Of a DNA stretch of 58,173 nt, positions 9,558-18,332 are shown piece after piece. Both the position numbers and the translations under genes were made by a program. This stretch comes from Candidatus Bathyarchaeota archaeon (lineage in GTDB: Archaea; Thermoproteota; Bathyarchaeia; Bathyarchaeales; Bathycorpusculaceae), in the NCBI GenBank assembly GCA_009889605.1, contig WUQU01000530.1, positions 1-58,173 on the forward strand, read 5' to 3'. The notes beneath the pieces are model-generated. The model was not told the origin of the DNA. It did not search any database and worked only from the letters and a program-made list of their open reading frames with translations. Each line of letters opens with the position of its first letter. Positions within the stretch are counted from its first letter, which is position 1.

Positions 9558-9977
9558 TTAAATGGTCAGCCGCCGCCAAAGCCTAATTGTCTCAAACCAC
9601 AAAACGACAACCATGGCAAAGCTTACGCCAATCAAGTAAGGAACAAAATCCAACCCGCTCCAAGTTGCAGCCGAGAAGAAGATCACAAGAATGGTGAAGA
9701 ACAAAGAGAAGAAGAACAGTTGCGGTACCACAGCAGGCCCAATTTTCGAGTAACCTTCAAGAATCCTTTCAGACGCCTCCTTAACCGCATAATACCTCCC
9801 ATACTCATCTTGACCGGCTAACCCCGCTTCCAAAAGTTTCCCCAAATGATACGAAGCAAGCGAGGCTGAAGAAAACTCGAGTCCACGCTGAACATCTCTG
9901 AGTTCACATGGTCCATGCTTAAGCAAATACAGGTAGATTTTCAACGTTTTGCCTCTAATTTCCTTATTACCCGACAT
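9558..9977 (-). CDS. Winged-HTH transcriptional regulator with two C-terminal TM helices
   Basis: GKTLKIYLYLL...RDVQRGLEFSSASLASYHLGKLLEAGL...GRYY followed by two hydrophobic helices. Confidence 0.8.
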   Translation of the reverse strand: MSGNKEIRGKTLKIYLYLLKHGPCELRDVQRGLEFSSASLASYHLGKLLEAGLAGQDEYGRYYAVKEASERILEGYSKIGPAVVPQLFFFSLFFTILVIFFSAATWSGLDFVPYLIGVSFAMVVVLWFETIRLWRRLTI

Positions 9978-10100
9978 TTCAAAGAACAAAAAGGAGAATC
10001 ACATTACTTAACCTTACGATTCAATCAAGAAAACTGAAAACGCGAATTGCGTCAACTGTTCAGGAAGCGCAAGGGAAAGGCTGATGTTTTGTCCAAACAA

Positions 10101-10178
10101 TGGTGCGGCCGCCGGGATTTGAACCCGGGTCGTCAGCGTGGCAGGCTGATGTCCTAGTCCAGGCTAGACTACGGCCGC
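10101..10178 (-). tRNA. tRNA-Gly (GCC), intronless, CCA encoded
   Basis: Reverse complement folds as GCGGCCG/CGGCCGC acceptor stem, TCAGC-CTGCCAC-GCTGA anticodon arm, CCGGG-TTCAAAT-CCCGG T-arm and ACCA end. Confidence 0.98.
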
Positions 10179-10342
10179 GCGCGATTCTAGTTTTAGTATT
10201 AAGGATTTAGATAAAAAGCTTATTTTGCGCTTCCACGGCTGAACTCTATGGATTTCATGTTCGTAAGGTTTAACCTTCATAAGTTTCTCGCCAAAGTCTT
10301 AGGCGAAGAGTTCTATTTAAACATAAATGATTATTAACCCAC

Positions 10343-10365
10343 TTTAAAAAGAGGGGGGAAGGAGG
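10343..10365 (-). terminator. Pyrimidine-rich / oligo-T archaeal terminator
   Basis: Reads cctccttcccccctctttttaaa right after the stop of 10367-10732; a near-identical tract (8226-8249) follows the DUF4382 gene. Confidence 0.45.
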
Positions 10366-10366
10366 G

Positions 10367-10732
10367 CTAATGCGCCACAAATGGTTTTTTAACCTGTTCT
10401 ACGGCTTTCAGAGTCATTATTTTTGGCATGTAATGACTTATTGCAAGTATTGCTCCCCACGTGGCGAACGTGGCAATGGACATGGCTGAACCTACGGTGG
10501 CCATTTCATGAAGCATTATGGGCATATCTGCAGGGTTCGCCATGGCCGTTAAGAACGGCGGCCACGGGACAACTTCAGCATGCCACACGTGCTCTACCGC
10601 TAGCAGGATTACGCCACCCCACAAAAGTGCATTGAGAATCCAAAGCTTCAATTTTTCAGCAAGGCTTCGTGCAGTTTTCTGCATGATTGAGGTTATAACC
10701 GCCAGAGCCATTGGAACTAGGAAGCACGCCAT
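10367..10732 (-). CDS. Hypothetical 3-TM membrane protein (MACFLVP...EHVWH.EVVPWPPFLTAM)
   Basis: Clean ORF with GGAGG SD; three hydrophobic segments. Confidence 0.8.
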   Translation of the reverse strand: MACFLVPMALAVITSIMQKTARSLAEKLKLWILNALLWGGVILLAVEHVWHAEVVPWPPFLTAMANPADMPIMLHEMATVGSAMSIATFATWGAILAISHYMPKIMTLKAVEQVKKPFVAH

Positions 10733-10807
10733 TTACCCTTTTTCCTCCAGTAACACTAAATTTATATTCCGTAATACTTGTAGATAAGCCTATTGGAGGA
10801 AAACACC

Positions 10808-11104
10808 ATGTGGCTAATCATCCTCGCATTCGCAGCCGCAATCGCCACGCCAATATGGTATGCTAAAGCTGAAGAAGACAAGTATATGCTTAAACTTCTC
10901 TGCCTCATACTCTGGGGAGCAACAATAATGGTTCTGGTTGATCACACAATGGGCTTCCTAACGGAAGGCGGCGAATTCTTCGAATTAACCCCCGGAGCAA
11001 CAGTTTTAGGCTTCACCATGCTAACAGCCGCACTTGTAATCTGGGAAATCGCATTACTGCTCAAAGACCCAAAAGGCGTGCTCTACAAAAAGAAAAACGA
11101 ATAA
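10808..11104 (+). CDS. Hypothetical 3-TM membrane protein, apparent paralog of the divergent neighbour
   Basis: GGAGG SD; LWGATIMVLVDH aligns with LWGGVILLAVEH; ends LKDPKG. Confidence 0.8.
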   Translation: MWLIILAFAAAIATPIWYAKAEEDKYMLKLLCLILWGATIMVLVDHTMGFLTEGGEFFELTPGATVLGFTMLTAALVIWEIALLLKDPKGVLYKKKNE

Positions 11105-11335
11105 AAACCTTTTACCTTCAACCTTCCTTTTTATCCCACAACAACCATTAAAAACGCGCCAGCTTCAGCTTACATAATTTATTTCGTCATGTTTACAACT
11201 TTTCGAAGCTCACACTCCAACACTCAAACACCCCCCTTTGATTCGCAACTCTTTCGCCCTTCCACTGTCAAGTTTTTGGAAAAGGTTAAATCTTGACGCG
11301 AATAGTTTGCTAAACTGTTTCACGCGGTGGTTAAC

Positions 11336-11615
11336 ATGCCTGACATTTTAGACATCGCAAAACTCGTTATACCCTTAGTTGCAGGAATAGCCGCAGGCTA
11401 CTTTCTGAAGGAAAGAAAACGCCTAAACCTCAACAAGATAACATCCGCAATAATTTTGGTTTTTGATTTTTTCCCTAGGCTTCACCATGGGCTCAAATAA
11501 CGAGTTGCTGGCGGTTCTGCTAAACGTGGGACTAACAACCATAGTGCTCCTAACCACAGCCTTGTTTTTCAGCATACTCTTTGTCAAGGCAACTAGAAAA
11601 CCGGTGAAAACATGA
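11336..11615 (+). pseudogene. LysO/DUF340 family transporter, small N-terminal subunit, +1 frameshift
   Basis: Extra T in GTTTTTG at ~11460-11464; correction gives IILVLIFSLGFTMGSNNELL... Confidence 0.7.
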
Positions 11616-12223
11616 TGAAACACATTTTAGCCGCCCTCGCCATCGGACTGTTAGCCGGCTACCTAAACAACAATTTCGGCTTTCCACAGCTTAACATGGT
11701 TATATCCGACTATGCTTTCAATTCATCCCTCATCGCGCTGCTGTTTTTCATGGGCTTACTCTTCGGAGCAGACAAAGAAGCCTTAACGAAACTGCGAAAA
11801 ACAGGATTCAAAATTTTAGCTTTCCCCATCGCCATAGCTTTAGGAGGCATAACAGGCAGACTTGTAGGAGGCATACTCCTCGGAACTAACGTGTATGCCT
11901 CCATGGGAGTGTGCGCTGGCTACGGCTGGTACACGCTTGCAGGCCCATTAGCCGGTTAACTCTTCGGAGTGGAATGGGGCGCCGTGGGCTTCGCAGTCAA
12001 CTTCCTGAGAGAAATCACCACAATAGTAGCAGTGTCTGCGGTGAAAAAAATTGACAAGTACGCGCTAGTAGCCATGGGAGGAGCCACAGCCATGGACACA
12101 ACCCTGCCAGTCATAGCGCGCTACTGCGGCCAAGATATGCTAATAACAGCCTTCTCCAGCGGCTTCATACTAACAATGATAGCGCCTTTCGCGATAACCA
12201 CAATAGCCGCCCTCGCCCATTAA
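11612..12223 (+). pseudogene. LysO/DUF340 family lysine exporter with an in-frame TAA
   Basis: AGYGWYTLAGP, NFLRE and GGATAMDTTLPVI are in one frame interrupted by TAA at 11957-11959. Confidence 0.85.
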
Positions 12224-12357
12224 AAACTTCAAAAGTCTTGTAACTAACAACAAACTTGCCGGAAGCCAAAGTTTAAGACGAAGGGTGCGGTAAAAAATAT
12301 ATATCTTATATACCAAATTACAACCTAGAGGCGTTTTTAAGCAGGAGTTCTCCAAAA

Positions 12358-15039
12358 GTGGGCACTGAAAACCTCGACAAAATTTTCAACCCTAAAAGAA
12401 TAGCCGTAATAGGAGCCAGCGACAGAGAAGGCTCCGTCGGCGCCAAACTGCTACGAAACCTTGTAGGTGTAGGATATACAGGCGCAGTTTACCCAGTAAA
12501 CCCTTTCAAAACCACAATCCAAGGCATAACAGCCTATCCAAGCATAACAAAAATTCCATGGAAGGTAGACCTCGCAATCATCGCAACACCAGCCCATACA
12601 GTACCCCAGATCGTAGAAGAATGCGGAAAAGCTGGAGTCTCAGGGGTAATCATAATCTCAGCAGGGTTCAGAGAAGCAAGCAAAGAAGGAGAAGCCCTTG
12701 AAAAACAGATTCTTGAACATAAAAACCGTTACAACATGCGCATAATAGGGCCAAACAGCCTTGGAGTCATAAGGCCGAAAATAGGGCTGAACGCAACCTT
12801 TGCAGACAAAACCGCCACGCCCGGGAGAATAACATTCATATCCCAAAGCGCAGCACTATGCGCATCGGCATTGGATTGGGCTTCAGAAGCCAACATAGGA
12901 TTCAGCGCCGTGGTTTCAACAGGCTCAATGATAGACGTGGACTTCGGTGATTTAATAGACTATTTCGGAGCAGACCCCCAGACACGAAGCATAATCTTAT
13001 ACATGGAATGCGTCACCAAAGCACGGAAATTCATGAGCGCAGCAAGGGGATTCGCCCGAGCCAAACCAATAGTGGTGATAAAGGCTGGACGGTTCCCAGA
13101 AAGCGCAGAAGCAACCTTTTTTCACATAGGCGCTTTATGCGGAGAAGACGCTGTTTACGATGCAGCCTTCAAACGCGCCGGCATAGTACGCGTAGAAGCC
13201 ATAGACGACCTATTTAACTGTGCAGAAGCATTAGCAATGCGGGCAAACCCAAAAGGCCCAAACCTAACAATAATCACAAATGCTGGCGGACCAGCAATAA
13301 TGGCTACAGACTGCCTCATATCTAGAGGGGGACGCCTCGCCCAGTTAAGCAATGAAACAGTTCAATCTTTAAAAACTGTTTTACCTCCATACTGCTGTGC
13401 CACTAACCCCGTAGACATCTTGGAAGAGGCAACAGTTGATAGATTTAAAAAAGTAATGGAAATATGCTTTAAAGACCAGAACAGCGACGGTTTCCTAGTC
13501 ATATACACGCCTCAAGGAGCAGCTGACCCCGTCTCCACGGTTAAGGCTATAATTGAAGCTTCAAGGCATACGTCGAAGCCTGTGTTAGCGTCTTTTATCG
13601 GCGGGGGGGTATGTCGAAAAGCCAGGCAATTTCTACAAAAAAAAGGCATTCCTGCTTTTAACACACCAGAACAAGCAGTTTCCACTTTCATGTACATGTA
13701 TAGCTATACCCAAAACTTGGAGCTTCTCTATCAAACTCCTGAGGAAATTTCTGTCGAGGTTTCCATCCCAACGTTCCTTAAGGAAGTTTTAAGGAAGGCT
13801 TTTAACAATGGGCGGCGCATTCTAAATCAGGCTGAGTCTCTGCATTTTCTTGAAGCCTATTCGATTCCAGTTATAAAAACTGTGGTGGCTAAAACGCCTG
13901 AAGGGGCTGAAAACATAGCTTCAGAGTTGGGATATCCCATAGTGATGAAGGCTTTGTCTCCGCAGATAATTCACAAATCAAAAGCAGGTGGGGTAATCCT
14001 CAACGTCTGGTCTCCAGCGGAAGTTAAAACCTTTTTCAACAAACTTGTCGAAAGAATGAAAGAGGCCCATCCAGAAGCAGAATTTCAAGGCGTTGTCTTG
14101 CAACCCATGGTCTGGAAGAAAGGTTACGAGCTTCTGCTGGGCGCCAAAAAAGACCCCCAGTTCGGCTCGGTCATAATTTTTGGAACAGGTGGCGTTGCCG
14201 CAGAATTAACTCAAGACATAAGCGTTGGACTCCCTCCTCTGAACCAGGTGCTTGCAAGACGGCTTATAGAAAAAACCAGAATCTACAAAATTTCTAAGGA
14301 AAGCGACTTCCGCCCTAACTTTAGGCTTCTTGAAGAAATTTTGGTAAAATTCTCCCAGTTTGTCATAGATTTTCCGGAAATAAAAACAGTAGAAATAAAC
14401 CCGCTGATAGTGGATGAAAGTAGCGCTGTAGCTGTTGATGCCAGAATAGAGATTGACCCGGAAAAAATTTTGAAGGAAACCCACCCACACGAGCATATTG
14501 TAATAGCACCGTACCCTAGAAAATATGTTACCCCATGGACTTTGAAAAACGGAGCTAAAGTGGTTCTGCGTCCCATAAAACCTGAAGATGAGGCTTTACT
14601 CCGCGAGTTTTATTGCTCGCTTTCAGAAGAAACCATACAGTTCCGATTCTTTCAAGTGTTCAGAGAGTTTTCCCATGAAACCTTGACAAGACACTGCAAC
14701 CTCGACTATGACAGGGAAATAGCTATAGTAGCCGAAACCCGGGAACCCACAAGAAAAATCGTTGGGGTTAGTTTGCTTACAACGGATCCCGGTAGAAAAC
14801 ACGGCGAATTTGCGGTTGTTGTTGGAGACCAATGGCAAGGGATAGGCTTAGGATCGAAACTCGTTGACTGCGCCATCGAAGTTGGCAAGGACATGGGGTT
14901 GGAAACCATATACGGCTATGTAAGCTCAAACAATTTTAGAATGATTGAACTGTGCACAAGAAAGGGTTTCAATGTTACGCGTGTCGATGCGGAGCTTGTT
15001 AAAGCGACTTTAGATTTAACTATGAAAAAGGAAGCTTAA
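12358..15039 (+). CDS. Acyl-CoA ligase (ADP-forming)-like / GNAT fusion (Pat-type protein lysine acetyltransferase architecture)
   Basis: CoA-binding (AVIGAS, IIGPNSLG), ligase, ATP-grasp and C-terminal GNAT (VGDQWQGIGLG) domains. Confidence 0.9.
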   Translation: MGTENLDKIFNPKRIAVIGASDREGSVGAKLLRNLVGVGYTGAVYPVNPFKTTIQGITAYPSITKIPWKVDLAIIATPAHTVPQIVEECGKAGVSGVIIISAGFREASKEGEALEKQILEHKNRYNMRIIGPNSLGVIRPKIGLNATFADKTATPGRITFISQSAALCASALDWASEANIGFSAVVSTGSMIDVDFGDLIDYFGADPQTRSIILYMECVTKARKFMSAARGFARAKPIVVIKAGRFPESAEATFFHIGALCGEDAVYDAAFKRAGIVRVEAIDDLFNCAEALAMRANPKGPNLTIITNAGGPAIMATDCLISRGGRLAQLSNETVQSLKTVLPPYCCATNPVDILEEATVDRFKKVMEICFKDQNSDGFLVIYTPQGAADPVSTVKAIIEASRHTSKPVLASFIGGGVCRKARQFLQKKGIPAFNTPEQAVSTFMYMYSYTQNLELLYQTPEEISVEVSIPTFLKEVLRKAFNNGRRILNQAESLHFLEAYSIPVIKTVVAKTPEGAENIASELGYPIVMKALSPQIIHKSKAGGVILNVWSPAEVKTFFNKLVERMKEAHPEAEFQGVVLQPMVWKKGYELLLGAKKDPQFGSVIIFGTGGVAAELTQDISVGLPPLNQVLARRLIEKTRIYKISKESDFRPNFRLLEEILVKFSQFVIDFPEIKTVEINPLIVDESSAVAVDARIEIDPEKILKETHPHEHIVIAPYPRKYVTPWTLKNGAKVVLRPIKPEDEALLREFYCSLSEETIQFRFFQVFREFSHETLTRHCNLDYDREIAIVAETREPTRKIVGVSLLTTDPGRKHGEFAVVVGDQWQGIGLGSKLVDCAIEVGKDMGLETIYGYVSSNNFRMIELCTRKGFNVTRVDAELVKATLDLTMKKEA

Positions 15040-15170
15040 GCTTTAATCTCTGGCGATATTTTTCAGATTTCCAAAAAATAGATAAATCTGCGAATGTTTT
15101 GAGAAAGGTAAAGGTTAAGAACTTGACTTTGTATTTGGGTTTTCTAATTTATCAAAGAGGGTTTCCAAGT

Positions 15171-16433
15171 TTGGGGTTGGTGGATCCGTTAACCGCTATA
15201 GTCGCCTCTTTCCTTTTATTAGGAGTGATGCTGTATAGGCGTGTAAACCTTGGCATAACCTTAAACGCCACAGCTATCTTCATGGCTTTACTTGCCCTTG
15301 ACTGGCGCGAAATTCCAAGCACGGTTTACGCCAGCGTTAACCCTATGACTATAGAAGGGCGGTTAACAATCTCTGTGGTATTTGCAACCTTTGGCATAAT
15401 GTGGTTAAGCCAGCTTTACAAAGAAACAGGCATCATTAAACAGTTAAGCGAAAGCTTAAGCAGAATAATTAGAAACTCGAAAATTGTTTCAAGCCTGCTT
15501 CCAGCGGTTATAGGGCTGCTTCCAGTTGCTGGCGGCGCGTTAATGTCAGCGCCAATCGTTGATGCTGAAGCTGAAAAATTAAAGCTTAAACCTGAAAAGA
15601 AAGCCTACATTAACATATGGTTTAGGCACATAGTTCTTCCAGTTTACCCTTTAAGTTTGTTTCTAATAATCACTGTGGCCTTAACAGGAACCACCATAGT
15701 ATCGGTGGTATTGCGGCAAATCCCTATAGTTGTTGCGATGATAATTATAGGATACTTGATAGGTTTCTGGAAAGTGTCTAATCAAACGGAAGAAACAGAA
15801 GGCAAAGCGAAAAATGACTTGAAAGCAGAAACAAAAGTCTTTTTGAAGACTTTTTCGCCGATAATGGCAACTATTGTTGCAGCGGTTTTTATAGGCGTAT
15901 TAAGCTATAATTTGCCGAGAACGGGAGTGGACGTTTTAATAGCGACGTTTTTAGGCCTAATGGTTTTGGCATTGGTTTCAAAGTCAAGCCTTAAAGCGTT
16001 TGTAAACCCCTTAAAAGAATCCGTAATTTACGACGTTACGTGTGCAACTTACGGCGCCTTTTTGCTTAGAAATGTGATGAGTGCTGCGGAAATTTCTGAA
16101 ATTTTCAAGCCTCTAGTGGCAAGCGGAAGAGTTGACACCACTTTGCTGTTAGTGGTGATTCCAACAGTTTTAGGTTTCTTGATAGGTTCACCTTCCGGAG
16201 GGGTAGCCATAAGCGTATCCATGTTAGGGGGGATTTTAACTTTCTCGCCGAAAACCGCGGTGTTAATCTACATGGGGGCTTATCTGGGATATGTTGTTGC
16301 ACCCACCCATTTGTGCTTCACGTTCACAGCAGAGTATTTTAAAAGTTCCATTGGAAAAATCTACAAGTATTTGGTTCCATCCTTTATAGGAACCTTCGCG
16401 GCAGTAATGCTCTTTTATTTTCTGCCTTTCTAG
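15171..16433 (+). CDS. DUF401 family multi-pass transporter-like protein
   Basis: PAVIGLLPVAGGALMSAP, NIWFRH, PTHLCF..TAEYF motifs; many TM helices. Confidence 0.85.
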   Translation: MGLVDPLTAIVASFLLLGVMLYRRVNLGITLNATAIFMALLALDWREIPSTVYASVNPMTIEGRLTISVVFATFGIMWLSQLYKETGIIKQLSESLSRIIRNSKIVSSLLPAVIGLLPVAGGALMSAPIVDAEAEKLKLKPEKKAYINIWFRHIVLPVYPLSLFLIITVALTGTTIVSVVLRQIPIVVAMIIIGYLIGFWKVSNQTEETEGKAKNDLKAETKVFLKTFSPIMATIVAAVFIGVLSYNLPRTGVDVLIATFLGLMVLALVSKSSLKAFVNPLKESVIYDVTCATYGAFLLRNVMSAAEISEIFKPLVASGRVDTTLLLVVIPTVLGFLIGSPSGGVAISVSMLGGILTFSPKTAVLIYMGAYLGYVVAPTHLCFTFTAEYFKSSIGKIYKYLVPSFIGTFAAVMLFYFLPF

Positions 16434-16490
16434 AAGCCTACTCAAAATGTTTAAAAGCTTCAAAACCTTCACAACCCTAACAGAGTTGCC

Positions 16491-16760
16491 ATGAGTCTAA
16501 ACGCAGAAAACTTTTACGGTTTAGGTGTTGCCTTAATCTTTTTAGGCACGTTAATAGTTCTGGCAGCTTTCGTTTTACTTCTTACCTCAAGTTTTAGAGG
16601 GGAAAAAGTGAGAGGTGGCGGAGCAGTAATAATTGGTCCGTTCCCAATAATTTTCGGAACCGATAGGGAGACAGTTAAGACTGTTTTGTGGCTTTCAATA
16701 GCGCTTACGCTTCTCCTTCTATTGGTTATGGTTGTGTTCCACTTCCTCTACGGCGGGTGA
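16491..16760 (+). CDS. DUF131 / TIGR00304 family membrane protein
   Basis: GGGAVIIGPFPIIFGTD motif. Confidence 0.85.
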   Translation: MSLNAENFYGLGVALIFLGTLIVLAAFVLLLTSSFRGEKVRGGGAVIIGPFPIIFGTDRETVKTVLWLSIALTLLLLLVMVVFHFLYGG

Positions 16761-16769
16761 AAAGCCATA

Positions 16770-17126
16770 ATGAACTCGGAGGAGAGCGAGCAAAAAGCGG
16801 AAGAACAATGGGTTAAAGGATTTCTAGTCTTGTTCTTCATAGGGTTTTTCATAATTTTAGCAGGCATAATATTTTTAGTCATCGCCGCCTTGTCTTCGGA
16901 AGGCTCAACAAGTTTCGGCGGTTTCGTGTTAATAGGTCCGTTTCCAATAGTTTTCGGCGGTGGGCCTGGTGCCCCGTGGCTGGTTTTGTTCGCCATAATT
17001 CTGGGCGTTTTAAGCCTAATAATGTTCCTTATAATGCGGAAAAGCAGTAAGGAGGCTTTTAGGTTCCGCTTTCTTTTTCCTCTCTGCCGTAGAGGATGTA
17101 CAGGAATATTAAGACTAGAACAATGA
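16770..17126 (+). CDS. DUF131 family membrane protein (tandem paralog; C-terminus may be read-through)
   Basis: FGGFVLIGPFPIVFG motif. Confidence 0.8.
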   Translation: MNSEESEQKAEEQWVKGFLVLFFIGFFIILAGIIFLVIAALSSEGSTSFGGFVLIGPFPIVFGGGPGAPWLVLFAIILGVLSLIMFLIMRKSSKEAFRFRFLFPLCRRGCTGILRLEQ

Positions 17127-17181
17127 ATGTCGCGGTCATAAGGATTATTTTGAGGGTTTCAAAGTATGGACCTATTTCCAC
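17059..17181 (-). CDS. 40-aa single-pass membrane microprotein (below the ORF-track length cut-off)
   Basis: GTG start with GGTGA/AGGGG SD; MEIGPYFETLKIILMTATFIVLVLIFLYILYGREEKESGT; co-oriented downstream of the SWIM gene. Confidence 0.55.
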   Translation of the reverse strand: MEIGPYFETLKIILMTATFIVLVLIFLYILYGREEKESGT

Positions 17182-17226
17182 CGCAAATTCCCCTTTTTCA
17201 CCCTTTCCTATTTTGAGTTGAGATAT

Positions 17227-17637
17227 TTAAAGCGTTGGTTTCTTCCACTCCGCCATTAAAGACTCATAGAGCTCGTCGTGGCTTTCTATGGTTTCATACC
17301 ACCCTAAAATTTTAGCTATTTTCTGTGCTATGAGATGATAACATAAGTGTACTTCACGGTCTAGGACTCGGAAGTAGAAGTCGTCGCATGTGCAGAACTC
17401 GGCATTAGGCATTATCAAGTAGTCACGTTCTTTCCCAACCACAATCCATACTACTTTGCCGCTGGGCTTGAAAATGTACTTTTTCACTCTGTTCTCTTTT
17501 AGGGCTTCGAAGGCTTTTGTGAAGCGCTGTCCAAAAGCTTCGTAAAGTTTTGTCAGGTTTTCTCCTGTGAGTTTGCCCTCGGCTTTCGCTTCTTTACACA
17601 CAGCGTTTAACAAGTCATCTTCGCTGTTTATGTCCAT
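17227..17637 (-). CDS. SWIM zinc-finger protein
   Basis: FCTCDDF...LCYHLIA (CxC...CxH). Confidence 0.85.
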   Translation of the reverse strand: MDINSEDDLLNAVCKEAKAEGKLTGENLTKLYEAFGQRFTKAFEALKENRVKKYIFKPSGKVVWIVVGKERDYLIMPNAEFCTCDDFYFRVLDREVHLCYHLIAQKIAKILGWYETIESHDELYESLMAEWKKPTL

Positions 17638-17685
17638 GCTGGCACAGGCTTTGGCGCCAAAGTGGCGCGCGCATAATGTGGGATT

Positions 17686-18282
17686 TCATTCTATTTTGAT
17701 TGGTTCGCCTTTAGGCTTTCTCTCTTCCTTTGTTTTGGGCAGTGTGACCTCTAAAACTCCGTTTTTATATTGTGTTTTGGCTTCTTTTACGTTTACTTTT
17801 GCTGGAAGCGTTATTTCCTTATGGTATTTCCTTTGAGGAGTGTCCACTGTTATGGTTAAAGTGTCCTCTGTGCCGTGAAGCTTTATATCTTCTTTTTCTA
17901 CGCCTGGAAGTTCTGCAACCACATGGACTTCTCCGTCTGTTTCAACAATGTCCACGAGAGGTTCACGTTCTTCTTTGACTTTTGGTCCGAGACGGCTGGG
18001 TTTAACGTTTCCAAACTCTCGGATTTCAGGTTTCCCATCAGGGCCTATTTTTATGCTGTAACCGTATACGAAGGGGCCCCACTCTTTTATGGTTGAACCG
18101 TCGGGAAGTTTGCGTTCTCTAACATAGTCTTTAGGAACTTGTGAAGTGAAGACTTTGAATTCTTCTTCCATCATTTTTTCCATTTCGCGGAACATTTTGT
18201 CAATGTCTTCGAAGAACCAGCCTCCGAAGGATGGAAAGCGCCTACGCCTAAACCATTCTGGAAAATCCTCTTCATTAGGCAT
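17686..18282 (-). CDS. hsp20: Archaeal small heat-shock protein Hsp20
   Basis: GPFVYGYS...GPDGKP.IREFGN; alpha-crystallin AELPGVEKEDI...YKNGVLEV. Confidence 0.95.
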   Translation of the reverse strand: MPNEEDFPEWFRRRRFPSFGGWFFEDIDKMFREMEKMMEEEFKVFTSQVPKDYVRERKLPDGSTIKEWGPFVYGYSIKIGPDGKPEIREFGNVKPSRLGPKVKEEREPLVDIVETDGEVHVVAELPGVEKEDIKLHGTEDTLTITVDTPQRKYHKEITLPAKVNVKEAKTQYKNGVLEVTLPKTKEERKPKGEPIKIE

Positions 18283-18332
18283 AAATTTCACCCCTTTAAA
18301 TCTTGAAGGAGGCTTTCTCTATAAACTTTGCG

